IMG/VR virus record: IMGVR_UViG_3300049489_001303
Span: 1-64,000 of that record
DNA length: 64,000 bases
Strand: one strand, 5' to 3'
Source of the DNA: a virus
Under the pieces are notes generated by a model that was not told where the DNA came from, searched no databases, and was given only the letters and a program-made list of their open reading frames with translations. Both the position numbers and the translations under genes were made by a program. Below, one piece after another: positions 9,611-21,081 of this stretch (positions within the stretch are counted from its first letter, which is position 1; each line of letters starts with the position of its first letter).

Positions 9611-9954
9611 TGTTTTTCTCCTTCTTCTGTGTTGTCTTCGTCTTCGTCATCCGGCCCATACGCCTGCAACAACTCCATCAGTGCGGCATTGGCAGCATTA
9701 CGCACGTCCGACGTCTGCCCGGTAGACGCGATGTCATTGAAGGCGTGCATGAGCGCAACGTCCTCGGTGGCGTCGGTGTTGCAGTCACAGTCACAACCAC
9801 GCGACGACGTCCACGTGTCGGCGTGTGTGGGGGTCTTCAGGACGTACTCCTGCGGCGGGGCGTTAAGGCGATCAGCGATAAAAACCACAATCAGCCCGAA
9901 GATGAAGATGCAGGTCAGGAGCAAGGTGATGTTCATTAATGGGTTGTCGGTCAT
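9607..9954 (-). CDS. Membrane protein, paralogue of 9320..9610
   Basis: N-terminal TM; EDVALMHAFNDIA motif. Confidence 0.6.
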   Translation of the reverse strand: MTDNPLMNITLLLTCIFIFGLIVVFIADRLNAPPQEYVLKTPTHADTWTSSRGCDCDCNTDATEDVALMHAFNDIASTGQTSDVRNAANAALMELLQAYGPDDEDEDNTEEGEKQ

Positions 9955-11013
9955 TTGGATACCTTTCTTTGTGGAAACGTTGTTATTCTGGTTACTTGAA
10001 CTATAGGCCGTGTTGGATCGGTGCTGAACCAGGAGCTCATGGGATAAGAGTCCCGTGGATCCTCTGTGTGCCAGGATGCTGTCTCAAAGGTCTCTGGGTG
10101 CTCTCGAAGACCTCTGGCAGTTTTTTCAAGTACATCAGCGGTGGCTATCGCAGCTTTATACTTTTCGAGAGCCCGCTCATGACCCGCCAGGTCACGCTGA
10201 CACTCTCGACGATACTCGACAGCCTTATCATGATCTCTACGCGCCTGCTCCAGGCGCTTGAAGGAATCGTCCTCCTCACGCTTTGCCTTTTCCAGGTGGG
10301 CCACCAAGGCATAGACTTCTGAGGTGCCTGTTGGGTTGCATTGCTCACAGGTCATTTGGGCTCCTTCTTCCGTTGTGGCCACGTCACGATGGTTATCGTG
10401 GTGGTGCAGGGGTCGTTTCTCTTGGAAATAAGCTTACCTGTCTCAAGCTCAACACCGCAGTGGGTCAGGGGGTAGTCCATCACAGTGCGCATACCCACGT
10501 AGGTCTCGGGGTGTTCTGCCAGTTTCTTGATCTGCTCAGCCAACGCCCTGATTGCGAGGTTGACGTTTTCTGGTGAATCGAAAACTACCGGCTCCGCAGC
10601 CTCCCGCTCCTCCGCCAACCGGCGTTCCTCCGCGTCGTCGTAGGCCTTGAGTTTCCCCGTGCACACATACAGGTAATTCTCACACTCGCTGAGGTGCGCC
10701 TCTGCTGCATCGCTGGCCTCATTCGCTTGGTCCGTCTGTGCCCTGGCCCTATCCACCATGTCCACGAGGCTTTGTCGTTTGTTGTCAGTCATTTCCGTTT
10801 TCTCCTCTTTCCGCTCAAAGCGGTCCTCTATTTGACTCCTGTGCAGGATCCACGTCGATACTTCCCCGTTTTCCAGAGTTACTTCACACTGGTAACGGGA
10901 ATCCTTACCGGCGTAGAATGGGTCTACCTTGAGCACCACGCATTTCTTTGCGATGCCAAGGCCGTGCACATCCTCCCACACGGTGCCCACCAGGTTTTGA
11001 TACTCCTCGTTCA

Positions 11014-11613
11014 TCACAATCTCCTCTCGTCATGAATTTCTTCAAGCAACCGCTGGTTGCCTTTAATGTGCCGCCACAACTCTGACACCACAGCAGCTTG
11101 ATAACGCGCATCTGCAAGCGCGTCGTGTTGTACACCTTCTCTTACCACAGAATGCTCGAAGGGTTTGGCGATGTCCACCAATGTCCTCATGTCTCTGGAA
11201 GCCGTGTATTTCCAGGTGGCGGGGATGTGCGCTTGGGCCATTGCGTTCTCGAGCAGGGTTATGTCGAACGTTGCGCCGTTGGACCAGAGGCGCAGGGGAT
11301 CTTCTCCAGGTACGAGTTCTCTCCAGGACTCTTCAATGAAGCCACAGATGTGGTGCAGGAAGCGGGGCCATGTGAGGGCTCCATCCATCCCCTTCACCAA
11401 CGCCTGCTGCGCTGCGGGTTCCTGTGTCAGCCACCACATCACCGTTTCTGGGTCGATGGTGCGACCGGCGTCCACAGCGCTGCGGGTGTCGGCGAAGTAG
11501 TGCGCCGTGGCGATGATGTCGCCTGTTTCTATGTTGAAGCGTACGAGCCCTGCGGAGCATATCACGGAGTTGTGACCTGTGCCGAGGGTTTCGAAGTCGA
11601 GCATTACGTCCAT
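11014..11613 (-). CDS. DEDDh 3'-5' exonuclease (phage exonuclease VIII N-terminal/Rv2179c-like)
   Basis: MLDFETLG (ExoI), WSNGATFDITLL (ExoII), RDMRT, HDALADARYQA (ExoIII). Confidence 0.88.
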   Translation of the reverse strand: MDVMLDFETLGTGHNSVICSAGLVRFNIETGDIIATAHYFADTRSAVDAGRTIDPETVMWWLTQEPAAQQALVKGMDGALTWPRFLHHICGFIEESWRELVPGEDPLRLWSNGATFDITLLENAMAQAHIPATWKYTASRDMRTLVDIAKPFEHSVVREGVQHDALADARYQAAVVSELWRHIKGNQRLLEEIHDERRL

Positions 11614-11617
11614 GTGT

Positions 11618-11848
11618 TCACCCCGCCTTGAAGTCTGTAATAATGACTTCTGATTTACCACGTGCTGACAGCACTTCGCAAGAAGAGTTCTTGGGATTCA
11701 ACCACAAATCCTTGGGGTACGTGTGGGGGCCCTCAGCCTCATGTGCCAGCTTCCGTGCCTTCTCTTCCGTGGTGGCTCTTACAACTACGCCAAGCGTAAC
11801 GTCGTATTTGTCAGTGTCCACCAACCTGTCAAGGATCCAGAGTCTCAT
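11618..11848 (-). CDS. Hypothetical protein, paralogue of 12652..12882
   Basis: Shared MxLWxLxR.VDTD.YDV...SSCE.LSARGK.EVIITDF.AG. Confidence 0.7.
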   Translation of the reverse strand: MRLWILDRLVDTDKYDVTLGVVVRATTEEKARKLAHEAEGPHTYPKDLWLNPKNSSCEVLSARGKSEVIITDFKAG

Positions 11849-12353
11849 GTTTTCCTTTCCCACGCCCTGCAGACGTGTCTATAGCCAACTGCTTTTGGAT
11901 TGCTCAACGGCTCGTGAAAGCAGCCAAGCTGTGTTCTGTGTACCGTTATTGTAGCTCCGTTGATAATGTCTTCGTCGGTGATGCCCACGTCACGACCGTG
12001 CATGCAGTTGGCGCAGCACTTCATCTGCTCGTAGGCGTTTTTGTATTCTTGCTTTGTTTGAGGGGTGCTCATCCCTTCATCTCCTCCTTAAACCTCTTGC
12101 ACTCCGTTGATGGCGACGTGTCGGCATAGTCACCACTGACCATGCACAACGGGCCGTCGTACCAGTCTGCAAACACGCAGCCGTCGCACGTTTCGGATGC
12201 GATGTCGTACATGCGCCGTTTCATGAGATACTCGTTGTGCTCAAGCTGCACAACCTTGTCTTGCATCTCCTGTCGTTCTTGATTCCACTTCTGCGTGTCA
12301 GCGTTGTAGTGGTCCAGCGTGTTGGACCAGGCGTCTTTGTAGTGTTGTTCCAA

Positions 12354-12647
12354 TCAATCCTCCTTCTGGTAGTAAACATGCCACACCAACGATCCGCCTG
12401 CCATCAGGACGGTGCCGAGGAAGGTGGGTTGCAGCAGTGCGTTGTCTTCGAACACGTGGCCGGTGCCGCGGATGAAGAATTTGTAATTATCGTACGGAGG
12501 CACAGCCCGCGCATCTGCATCAATCTCCGCCCATACACACAGTTTCTCTTGTTGATTGGCTATTGACAGCAGGCGAGAATTACGTGGTATTCTTCGTACC
12601 TGTTCATCGCCTATCTCCAACTCGTATTTGTAGATTATGCGTCTCAT
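12354..12647 (-). CDS. Conserved small phage protein
   Basis: IYKYEL...LCVWAEID...GTGH...FLGTV..LVWHVY pattern common in phage accessory regions. Confidence 0.65.
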   Translation of the reverse strand: MRRIIYKYELEIGDEQVRRIPRNSRLLSIANQQEKLCVWAEIDADARAVPPYDNYKFFIRGTGHVFEDNALLQPTFLGTVLMAGGSLVWHVYYQKED

Positions 12648-12651
12648 GTCC

Positions 12652-12882
12652 TCACCCCGCCGCGAAGTCAGTTATGATGACTTCCGCTTTCCCTCTCGCA
12701 GACAAAGCCTCACAGGAGGATTTCTTCGGGTCGATCCAGATGTCTTTTATTCGGCTCCACTGGCTCTCCCGTCCTTGGGCCATCTGCCGTGCAACCGCTT
12801 CCGACGGCGCTCGCACCACCAAGCCCATGACCACGTCATAGCTGTCGGTATCTACATGTCTTTCAAGTAACCAGAGTTTCAT
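12652..12882 (-). CDS. Hypothetical protein, paralogue of 11618..11848
   Basis: High similarity by eye to 11618..11848. Confidence 0.7.
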   Translation of the reverse strand: MKLWLLERHVDTDSYDVVMGLVVRAPSEAVARQMAQGRESQWSRIKDIWIDPKKSSCEALSARGKAEVIITDFAAG

Positions 12883-13775
12883 GGTGTCACCTCTTTCAAC
12901 ACGCCGCATCTACTGCAGCGCTCTCCTGTCAGTTCGGGATTTCCCCAGTCGCTACATGGTTGCCAGGCGTGACCGAGTATGCAGGTTCCCTTGTACGTGG
13001 GTGACGGCCCATAAACGGGCGGCGGGACGTAGCGGGGCTCTATGTACATCTGGAGCTCCTGTGGCACAGGCGCTTCGATGATGGCCTTGAACTCGTCGTA
13101 GGGGAGGTCGATAATAACATCCTCACGGTTGTCCAGGCATACGTACGTTTGACCATCCAACTGCTCATAGTACTGCACTACGTGGTTCAAGTCGAAGGAG
13201 GTGCGTTGGCGATATTCATCAGAGCGCCTAACCTTCGCCTCATGAAAGCGTTGCTTACTCATTTGTGACACTCCTTTGGATGCTGACATTTCTCACAAAT
13301 GTCCTCATCCGGGTACACGTCCCACTGCCGGTATTCAGGGCAGACAGGTGTCACCTCACTTCCCCAATCCTCCGGATCGCATGTGCAACCCTCCGGCATA
13401 ACGGGCTCGTACTCGCAATGCTCCTCTTTGGGGAGCCCGCATTTGCATAGTATTTTCATTTTTCCTCCCTCTCCGGCATAACCTGCACTTTGATGTCCAG
13501 GATCTTGCTCACGTCTTCTACGCTGCAGCCGGGGAACAGCAAGTCCAGCTCTTTCTGGTAGAGCAGCACGATGTTGTCGTCGTCGGGTTTGGTGAAGAGC
13601 TTGAGCTTGTCTACCCCGCTACGCAGCCTGAAGTGCAGGCGGTCAAGGGGTTCATCGATTTCGTCGTAGCGATCAAAGCTGCGATGATAGTTTGGCATTT
13701 GTATAACTCAGTCCTCGTCTCTGGCTAAGAGCCAGACAATCATGACCACCACAGCCATGAAGATCAGGAAGCCGG

Positions 13776-14069
13776 TCATTGGGTTGCTACTTGAGCGTTC
13801 CAAGCCTCCTCAGCCTCTTCTTCAGTATTGTGATACGGCCCCATGGCTCCACACCATGTGCACACCACAGCGTATTCATTCAGCCATGGGACCAGTATCA
13901 CTTCGCGTTCATCGTTGAGGGGCGAGCCGGGGTCCGGCTTTACTTTGTGGTTGAAGGGACACTGCTTAAGCACCCTGGGCTCCTCCTGTGAATACAGCTT
14001 GGCCTCGACCTCTTCAAAGTTCTTGGCCGCCAGGGCGATGGCTTCTTCAGCGGTGAGTTTCTCAGCCAT
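13776..14069 (-). CDS. Lar-like (restriction alleviation family) zinc-binding protein
   Basis: LKQCPF...VVCTWCGAMGP...EEAEEAWN signature. Confidence 0.6.
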   Translation of the reverse strand: MAEKLTAEEAIALAAKNFEEVEAKLYSQEEPRVLKQCPFNHKVKPDPGSPLNDEREVILVPWLNEYAVVCTWCGAMGPYHNTEEEAEEAWNAQVATQ

Positions 14070-16612
14070 GCCAATCCTCACACACGTCTTCCAGGCTCGG
14101 GCGATCTCCGTCGGGAGATATGCGAGAGCACCCCTCCTCTTTGCAGGTCGCGCATGACCTTTCTGGAGCTTCCGCAATGTTCTGCGTGGGCTCAGGGCCG
14201 TGCATCAGGTAGTGGATTAAATCTGCCATCTCATCGAACGTGCCGGGCGGTTGGGGTTTGCTTTCCCACTTCTCAGTGACAACCATGCGCCCGCAACCCG
14301 CGCAGTAGTAGTTGATCAGGTGCCACCTGTACTTACAAGTGCATACTTCAAACGCCATGTGCATGCTCCTCAATGGGACCGTCGTACGTCCCCACCGCCT
14401 TCGTGTTCCCGATGCCAATGCCGGGATTTTCCGACAAGCAGTACTCCCGTGGCTTGCGCCCCAGATATACAGCCTCGAACTCCTCAAGGGAGCACCAGAG
14501 GTCGTAGACCGAGCCCCCTGTCATATTCACTCTGAGAAGATCTCTCGGCTCACCTACGTCTCTGGGGCCCAGCCTGAAGGTGGCCATTCTGTGTTCATAG
14601 GCCTCAACTTTATCTAGGTCTATAGTGATTAGGCGGTTTTCTGAGGTGCACCTTCCGTCCGGGTAGTACTTGAATTTGTGGGGTCTCATTGTTTCTCCTC
14701 CAGAATCTTCAACTCATCTTCCCCATTGAAGACGCGGTCGATGTCTTCCTCGATACCCTCGGGCATCTTGAGACCAAAGCGTTTGCTGATCTTCTCCAAG
14801 GCTTCGTTGAAGCCTTTGCGGTCTTTGTATGTCATACTTCTTCTCCCTTCCAGTTAGTGGGCCTTCCGCCCTCCACCATTCTGCAGCCGAAGCACTGGTC
14901 TGTGAAGAAATCCGCAGCCTTGCTGCCGCAAGTACCACAGTGGTCGTGGCACTTGGGTATCAGTGCCTTCTCCAAGTCCCTGGTCATGAACATGCGTCCC
15001 CCGATCTCAATGCCAACGGTGCCGACGATTTCGAGGGGTTGGATTTGGCCGGTGTTATATTGAATCAGGATTCTCATTGTTTCTTCTCCAATAACAGAGC
15101 TTTAACCAAGTCATTTACTGGGAAGCGTGTGTGCTTGTCCACGGCTTCATAGTAATACGGTGACACCAATATCTCACACTCCCGCAACTCCTTCTGTGCC
15201 GCTTTGTGGCGTGCTATCAGGTCGTCTGGGATTTCCACTGCGTAGGTGTCAAACAGCACTTGGTGGCTCCACCTGTTCGATGTCTCAATGTTGTAGTGTG
15301 CAACAGACTTGTGGTCCTCTCGGTCTATCTCAGCTTTCATTGTTGCTCCGGGCGCATGTACCTGCGCCATTGGTCAGGGCACATCGAGGTGTTGAAATAT
15401 GTGTATGGTTCCACCGTCACACAACGCTTCTTCTTGACGGCTTTCTGGAAGTCTTTCGGCATTGCGTCCGCTTCTTCCAGGGTCAGGTAATAAGATTCAC
15501 CGGAGGTTACTCGGTCTATTACGCCGTGGTGTCGTTCCAACCATTTAGATAGTTTCATAGTGGCTCCTCTACTGCGTACTCATCGCACACAAATTCCAGT
15601 ACGTCGTGCGCTGGGCGGTGAACTGGAAACATTATCTTACCCGTGGATATGTAATGAGTCCGCGCTGGGTAGTGGCGAATTTCGTTGTGCCCTTTAAGGC
15701 ACTTTCGATTGTCACAACACGCAATGCTGAGTAGCAGCGCTGCGAGCAGGATGAGGCGTGTCATTTGTGTTCCTCCCCTCACGGACACAGCTTGTTAAAC
15801 AGCTCTGTCATTTTAACATTTAGGGCTTCATGCTCTGCGAGCTTACGGGTAGTGTAGGACGTATTATGAAACGCTTCGATTTCAGGGTGCAGCTCCGCTA
15901 CTCGTAGATAATCCTTTAAAGAATCTATACGCATACGCAGCATGCCCAAGATATTGTCTACGTCTTCGAAGCTCAGGTCGATCATCTATACTCCTCCTCA
16001 AGATGCACACCATGCGTGAGCTCAAGCTCGATAAGATGCTTCCACGCCTTATCCAACGCCTCCCTCTCGGCCTCAGTATACTGACCGTGCTTGATCTCCA
16101 TTCGGAAATACTGATTCATGTAGAACAGGCACGCATACGCCTGGTCAGCTTTCAAGCGCCGGATCTCCTGTAACGTGTCACGGTGCTGGCGGCGTTGGGT
16201 CAGCACTTTCTCTCCTCTGATTACCGCGATGACGACCAGGGTCATGGCAATGAGAGTGAGCCCCAGGGTGATCGCCATCTTTATGGCGAAGATTATTACG
16301 TCGGTGTAGTCAATCATTGTTCTTTCTCCTTCTGACGCTCTTCCAGCGTCTGCTCTATCTTGCGGGATATAACCACGGGAGCTGTATACCCGCCGGCCCA
16401 CCACGCATGCTCCTTGTCATCGAGAGCAATGCACCAGTCGGGTCTTCCAGTCCGTACACCCTCCCAGAGTCTTTCCTCTCCACCAATACGTCTGTATCCA
16501 AACCTACCGCACTCATCCGCTATCGGGTGCTGTGCTCGGAGGTAGAAATGACAGCCGATACAGGCTTTCGGTGCGGGGAACCAAACGGCTACACGTTCTA
16601 CGAAGCCTTTGC

Positions 16613-17294
16613 TCATGGTTTCCCCCCACACGTTGCTTCTGTTGCGGCCCACTTACGTGCGCCATCTTTGTCCTCAACGAGGACGTTTACGTAGCCGTCG
16701 GTGCAGCGGCTGTCTTCTACGCAGTCTATTCGGTAACAAGCCCTTATCAGGAAGAACTCAACTACGAATATCAGTAAGAAAGTCACCAGGAGAATATACA
16801 CTATGGTGCCTACCTGTTCGTCGCTCATTGTTTCTTCTCCACCGCGCACTTCCCACTTGTGGTTTCCCATGTGCGCGATCTGTCGGTGTTGCTGAGCAGG
16901 ATCTTTACGTGGCCATCCACGCAAATGGTTTCGTAGACATAGGGCTGGGGGGCTTCGGGGGTTCTCACCGGAAGGAAGATTGCTGTGATAAGCATAGTAA
17001 TCAGCAGCCCACCCAACAGCAACACGCCCAGAAATTGCCAGAAGGTCATGGTTGCACCTCTCCCCGACTGTAAACTTCCATAACTCGGCATGTCGCCGAG
17101 GTGGTGTGCCACTGCACGGTTCTATCTGCGTTCTTGACCAGCAGTATCACATGTCCATCTTTACAACTCTCGTCCTGTACGTAGCCGGAATCCCCGGGAG
17201 TGAACATGAAGATGGCCATCTTCACCAGAAGCATTAGCATAAAGATGCCCAGACCTCCTACGGTAAACCAGATGACTAACTTTTCAAAGGTCAT
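16613..17294 (-). other. Three tandem paralogous single-TM proteins (16613..16828, 16825..17049, 17046..17294)
   Basis: Each has a TM helix followed by C-x-DG[HY]V-x-[ILV]L...W..T...C. Confidence 0.75.
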
Positions 17295-17514
17295 GCCTTC
17301 CTCCTCCAATGCTGCTTGCTGCCATGATACAGCTTGGCAGCAAAGATGTAATGATCCTTGAACTGCACGTGCTTGTCGTATTCGCAGAAGAAATCGTCGA
17401 TCCCATAGGCCTTGATGGCGTCAATGGCATCGGCGTTCTTCGAAGCGTCGTGAGTGGCATCGAGGATCCTTGTATGCACTGCCTCCATGGTGGGGCGTTG
17501 TTCTTTTCGTGCGG

Positions 17515-17937
17515 TCATGGCTCCTCCTTCTCCACGAGCACAGACCAGTGGGGATAATATGTCGGACCTGCCTGGCTACCGCGCACCAATAGAGAGACAT
17601 CCCCGTTATCAGCCACTTGGTATTCACCTGTGGACACCCCCACCACCGCATCCTGTTTCAAACGTGGCCACGCCAACACCGGCGTGCCGGCTGCGGGGAT
17701 AAGTCGTGGCGGGGTGTACGGAATTCTGACGAAGTCGTCTTCCTTCTCCCATCCACACTTGCCAATCATCCGGCGTATAACCACCCCAATGGCGTCGTTC
17801 CCCTTGTGGCAATACGGATCGGTGTGTCCGAGAACTACTTGGAATTGCAGAGTGGCACCGTTGTTCATTCTACTGCAATCCAGGCCCTCATACATCTCAT
17901 CGCAGGCCTGCATATACGCTTCTTTTCTTGTTGTCAT
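17515..17937 (-). CDS. Hypothetical protein, paralogue of 17934..18311
   Basis: MTTRKEA...PxAGTPxLxW...VVGVxTG...WSxL shared. Confidence 0.7.
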   Translation of the reverse strand: MTTRKEAYMQACDEMYEGLDCSRMNNGATLQFQVVLGHTDPYCHKGNDAIGVVIRRMIGKCGWEKEDDFVRIPYTPPRLIPAAGTPVLAWPRLKQDAVVGVSTGEYQVADNGDVSLLVRGSQAGPTYYPHWSVLVEKEEP

Positions 17938-18311
17938 GGTGTCTCCTCCACTTCTTTGAGAATGGACCAGTTTCCAACCAGGTGATCCGAGTTTCCAACA
18001 CGCATCTCAATCAACCGGCTTCCGTCCTCCCTGGGGGCCACAGCGCCCGTGGCCACGCCGACAACAGCCCGTGCCTTGTCGTCGTTCCAGCCGAGCATCG
18101 GTGTTCCGGCTTTGGGGCAGGGGCGGGGGACGTCATAGTTCGCCGCGATATTTAGTGAGTAATTAGGCAAATGCCAGCTCACCTGCTGACACCCCGGCCT
18201 GATAGGCACCCACAGTTTCAGATTGATAGTACAAGCTTCCTGGTGATTATCCTCGATGAACTTGTAGAGCTCCTCCGCCGATTTCATGAAAGCTTCTTTT
18301 CTTGTTGTCAT
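17934..18311 (-). CDS. Hypothetical protein, paralogue of 17515..17937 (may start at 18398)
   Basis: MTTRKEAFM; 20-bp identical start sequence. Confidence 0.7.
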   Translation of the reverse strand: MTTRKEAFMKSAEELYKFIEDNHQEACTINLKLWVPIRPGCQQVSWHLPNYSLNIAANYDVPRPCPKAGTPMLGWNDDKARAVVGVATGAVAPREDGSRLIEMRVGNSDHLVGNWSILKEVEETP

Positions 18312-18465
18312 TGTTTTGTTCTCCTTTGTTTGTTCTTCAGCAATCTTATTAAGCATGCGTTCCAGGTCTTGTGTGATAATGTCGGCCAATCCCATCACAG
18401 GCTCCTTTGTTTGTTGTTTCCGTTTTATACCACGGAGAGAGGCCGAATTCTAGGGTGCTGTGAGC

Positions 18466-18497
18466 AAAAAAGACCACCCACCAACGTGGGGAGGTCT
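18466..18497 (-). terminator. Rho-independent terminator
   Basis: AGACCTCCCCAC-GTTG-GTGGGTGGTCT followed by a T run on the minus strand. Confidence 0.7.
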
Positions 18498-18504
18498 CTA
18501 TAAA

Positions 18505-18705
18505 TCAAGCACGCTTATCCCACTCCGCTTCCAGTGCTGCGGCGCCGGCTTCGATGCGCACTTCCCCGCAACGGGCCCCACAATCCATGCACTCAATGGC
18601 GTGCCAACGGTATGTGGTGCCATCTATAACGTTGAGGTTCTTGTTGCCGCAGAAGGGGCAGGGCTGTCGGTCTTCATCGAGGCATATTGGTCTGTCGCGG
18701 GTCAT
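18505..18705 (-). CDS. Lar family restriction alleviation-like protein
   Basis: PCPFCG...IECMDCGA...EWDKRA. Confidence 0.7.
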   Translation of the reverse strand: MTRDRPICLDEDRQPCPFCGNKNLNVIDGTTYRWHAIECMDCGARCGEVRIEAGAAALEAEWDKRA

Positions 18706-20925
18706 GTCTCATCCTCCACGCGGAGGCGATTCACCCTCAGATTGGAGAGCGCCTTCCGGGCCAACAGGGTGCCTATCTCTACACCCTGGGAGTATGTGCT
18801 GAGGAAGCGCTCGATCTCCTTATTGGACGGCTTCTTTACGCTGTCCCAATAAGCGATTGTCCATACCCCGTCGTCTGGTACCAAAACGTCCAATGCCCAC
18901 TCCTTGCCACGCTTACTGTGAACGTTACGGCGTTCCTGTACACGCCATTTGAATTTGATGTCGGTCATTCTTTTTTCTCCTCCTCAGGTTGAAACTTCTT
19001 GTACTGGTCACCCACATGCCCTCCGTACACGCACAATGCGCACTCCTTGTTCCAGGGATGCCCCATGATTCCGTGGGTGCAGTCAGGTGGGCAGTGAAGG
19101 TCGGCGAGGAAGGCGGCGGTGATGGCCTTCATGGATGTGCATACACTAAACTCATCCATCCAAGAGCAGCATGGGGAGATCGGGTCAGCGGTGCAGTGTT
19201 CACAGTCAGGCTCGTGGCCTTCCTCGTAGTTTTTACAGTCAGGGCGGTCACCACTCACGTCACATCGGTTCATCTTTCACCTCTTTCAATGCGTCTCTTT
19301 AAGCGTACTGGACGTTATGGCTCTGCGCATTTCCGCAACGTCCAACTGGTGAATGGCGGCGCGGATGGCGGCCATGTTAAGACAGTACCCATGCATGCGG
19401 AAACGGCACTCCGAGTGGCAGGTCAAGCATACCGGATTTTCACGTTTTATATCTATCAACCCGGGGCAGCTCACATCGCGTTTATCCATTCTCCCCTCGA
19501 ACTTCCTTGTTGATTCGCTCAGTCGGCAGGTCAGCCTTAGGCTCCTCATAGCAGAGCGACAGGAAGTCCTCTTTCGACTTCTCGCGCAATTCGTCTGCAA
19601 GTTCTTCACGCGCAAACTCATGCGTCCATATGGGACGTCCCAGCAGCTTCTCGGCGTACTCGTGTATATCCGCGAAGTTGCCGCAGGTCACACCCGTGTA
19701 GGCGCCGATGGTGGCGGCTTGTTCTTTGGTTAGTCTTTGCATTTGTTCTCCTTCCAGAGCGCGTGGTGCTGCTCTGCGCAGATGTGCTTCTCGGGCTGGA
19801 AATAGCCCTCACCGTTGTAACCGCACACAAAGCAGGGAGCCTTGAGCATCCTCCCAGACGCAAAGTCGTCATCCACTTTCTTGTTGTATGCTGCAGCCTC
19901 CTGTATCGCGGCTACGTTAACGCACTTTCCCAAATGGTTGAACATGCACGTAGTGCAGTTCGGAGAAACCTTGTGATAGTGGTCGCAGTCTCCTCCTAAT
20001 TGGAAGCTACAGCAATACGGTACGTGATCTTTGATGTCACAGCCGTTCATCTCTTCACCTTCCTCTTCCGGGGCTTGTCAGCCGCTCTCGGGTGGACTGC
20101 ATCACATATCAGCTTGCCTTCACGCTGAGTGATGCGCCAGCAACATGGGAAGTCGTACTGAGATCCCTCTACCACACAGTAGCGCATCTCCCCGTTGATT
20201 TTCTCAATCCGACTCACAAACCCAACCTGCCATGGGTCGTGGGGGCTGCGGTCGGAATACTTCGACAGGAGAACGTAGTCACCTATTCGGGGGTGCTTTG
20301 TGCGGTGCATTCAGCCTACTCCTCCTTCTTCGCTGTGTAACTCAACGTGATATGCTCGAGCTCAACGGGCTGCACCACAGTAACGTCCATGACAACTACG
20401 TCGGTATTTTTTTCATTCTCCCACACCGTGTTCCCGCAGACATGCGCTCCTGCGTGTCCGCGTTCTAATTGGCATACGGGTGTGCCGTGCGACGCCCAGT
20501 CGGGGTGATCTTTTATTCTCTGCTCGGCGTCGGGTGTCATGGCAAAGCACCTCTTGTCCTTCTCGATCTTTTCAGCCTCCTTCTTCTTAATTATCTCATC
20601 CACCATGCGCAGCAGAATCACTTCGCCCTTTAGCATCTGTATAATGCTGCTAATGTCAGGATCCTTCGCCATCTTCAGCATGGCGATGGCGCTTTCGATG
20701 ATGCGTGCTTGGAGGAGGCGGTTCATTTGAGTGCCTCCACTTCCGCGATTATCGCTGCGGCAAGTTTGTGGATTGCGGCGTCTGCTCTGCCGTTTCCTGT
20801 CAATTCGCTGTAGTCAATCAGCGCCATCAGCGCGGCTGGCTTGTCCAACTTTGGAACATCTTCAATGGCAACCCATTCTCCGCCTGGGTCATGATACATT
20901 CCACTAACTTCGTGTGTCCAGCGTT

Positions 20926-21081
20926 TCATTTTTCCTCCGTTGCCGCACAACTGCATTCATGGTCAAGCGCCTGAATTCTCGTTTCTTCGCAGGACAAGTT
21001 GGTGTGCTTGCAAAAGTTCTTCGCTTTGCAACCCTCACAAGTTGAATGTGACATTAATTTTTTGTTGCACTCAGGGCACAT
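20926..21081 (-). CDS. Cys-rich mini-protein ending AATEEK (not in ORF track)
   Basis: Manual translation MCPECNKK...CSCAATEEK; TGATG and ATGA overlaps. Confidence 0.6.
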   Translation of the reverse strand: MCPECNKKLMSHSTCEGCKAKNFCKHTNLSCEETRIQALDHECSCAATEEK

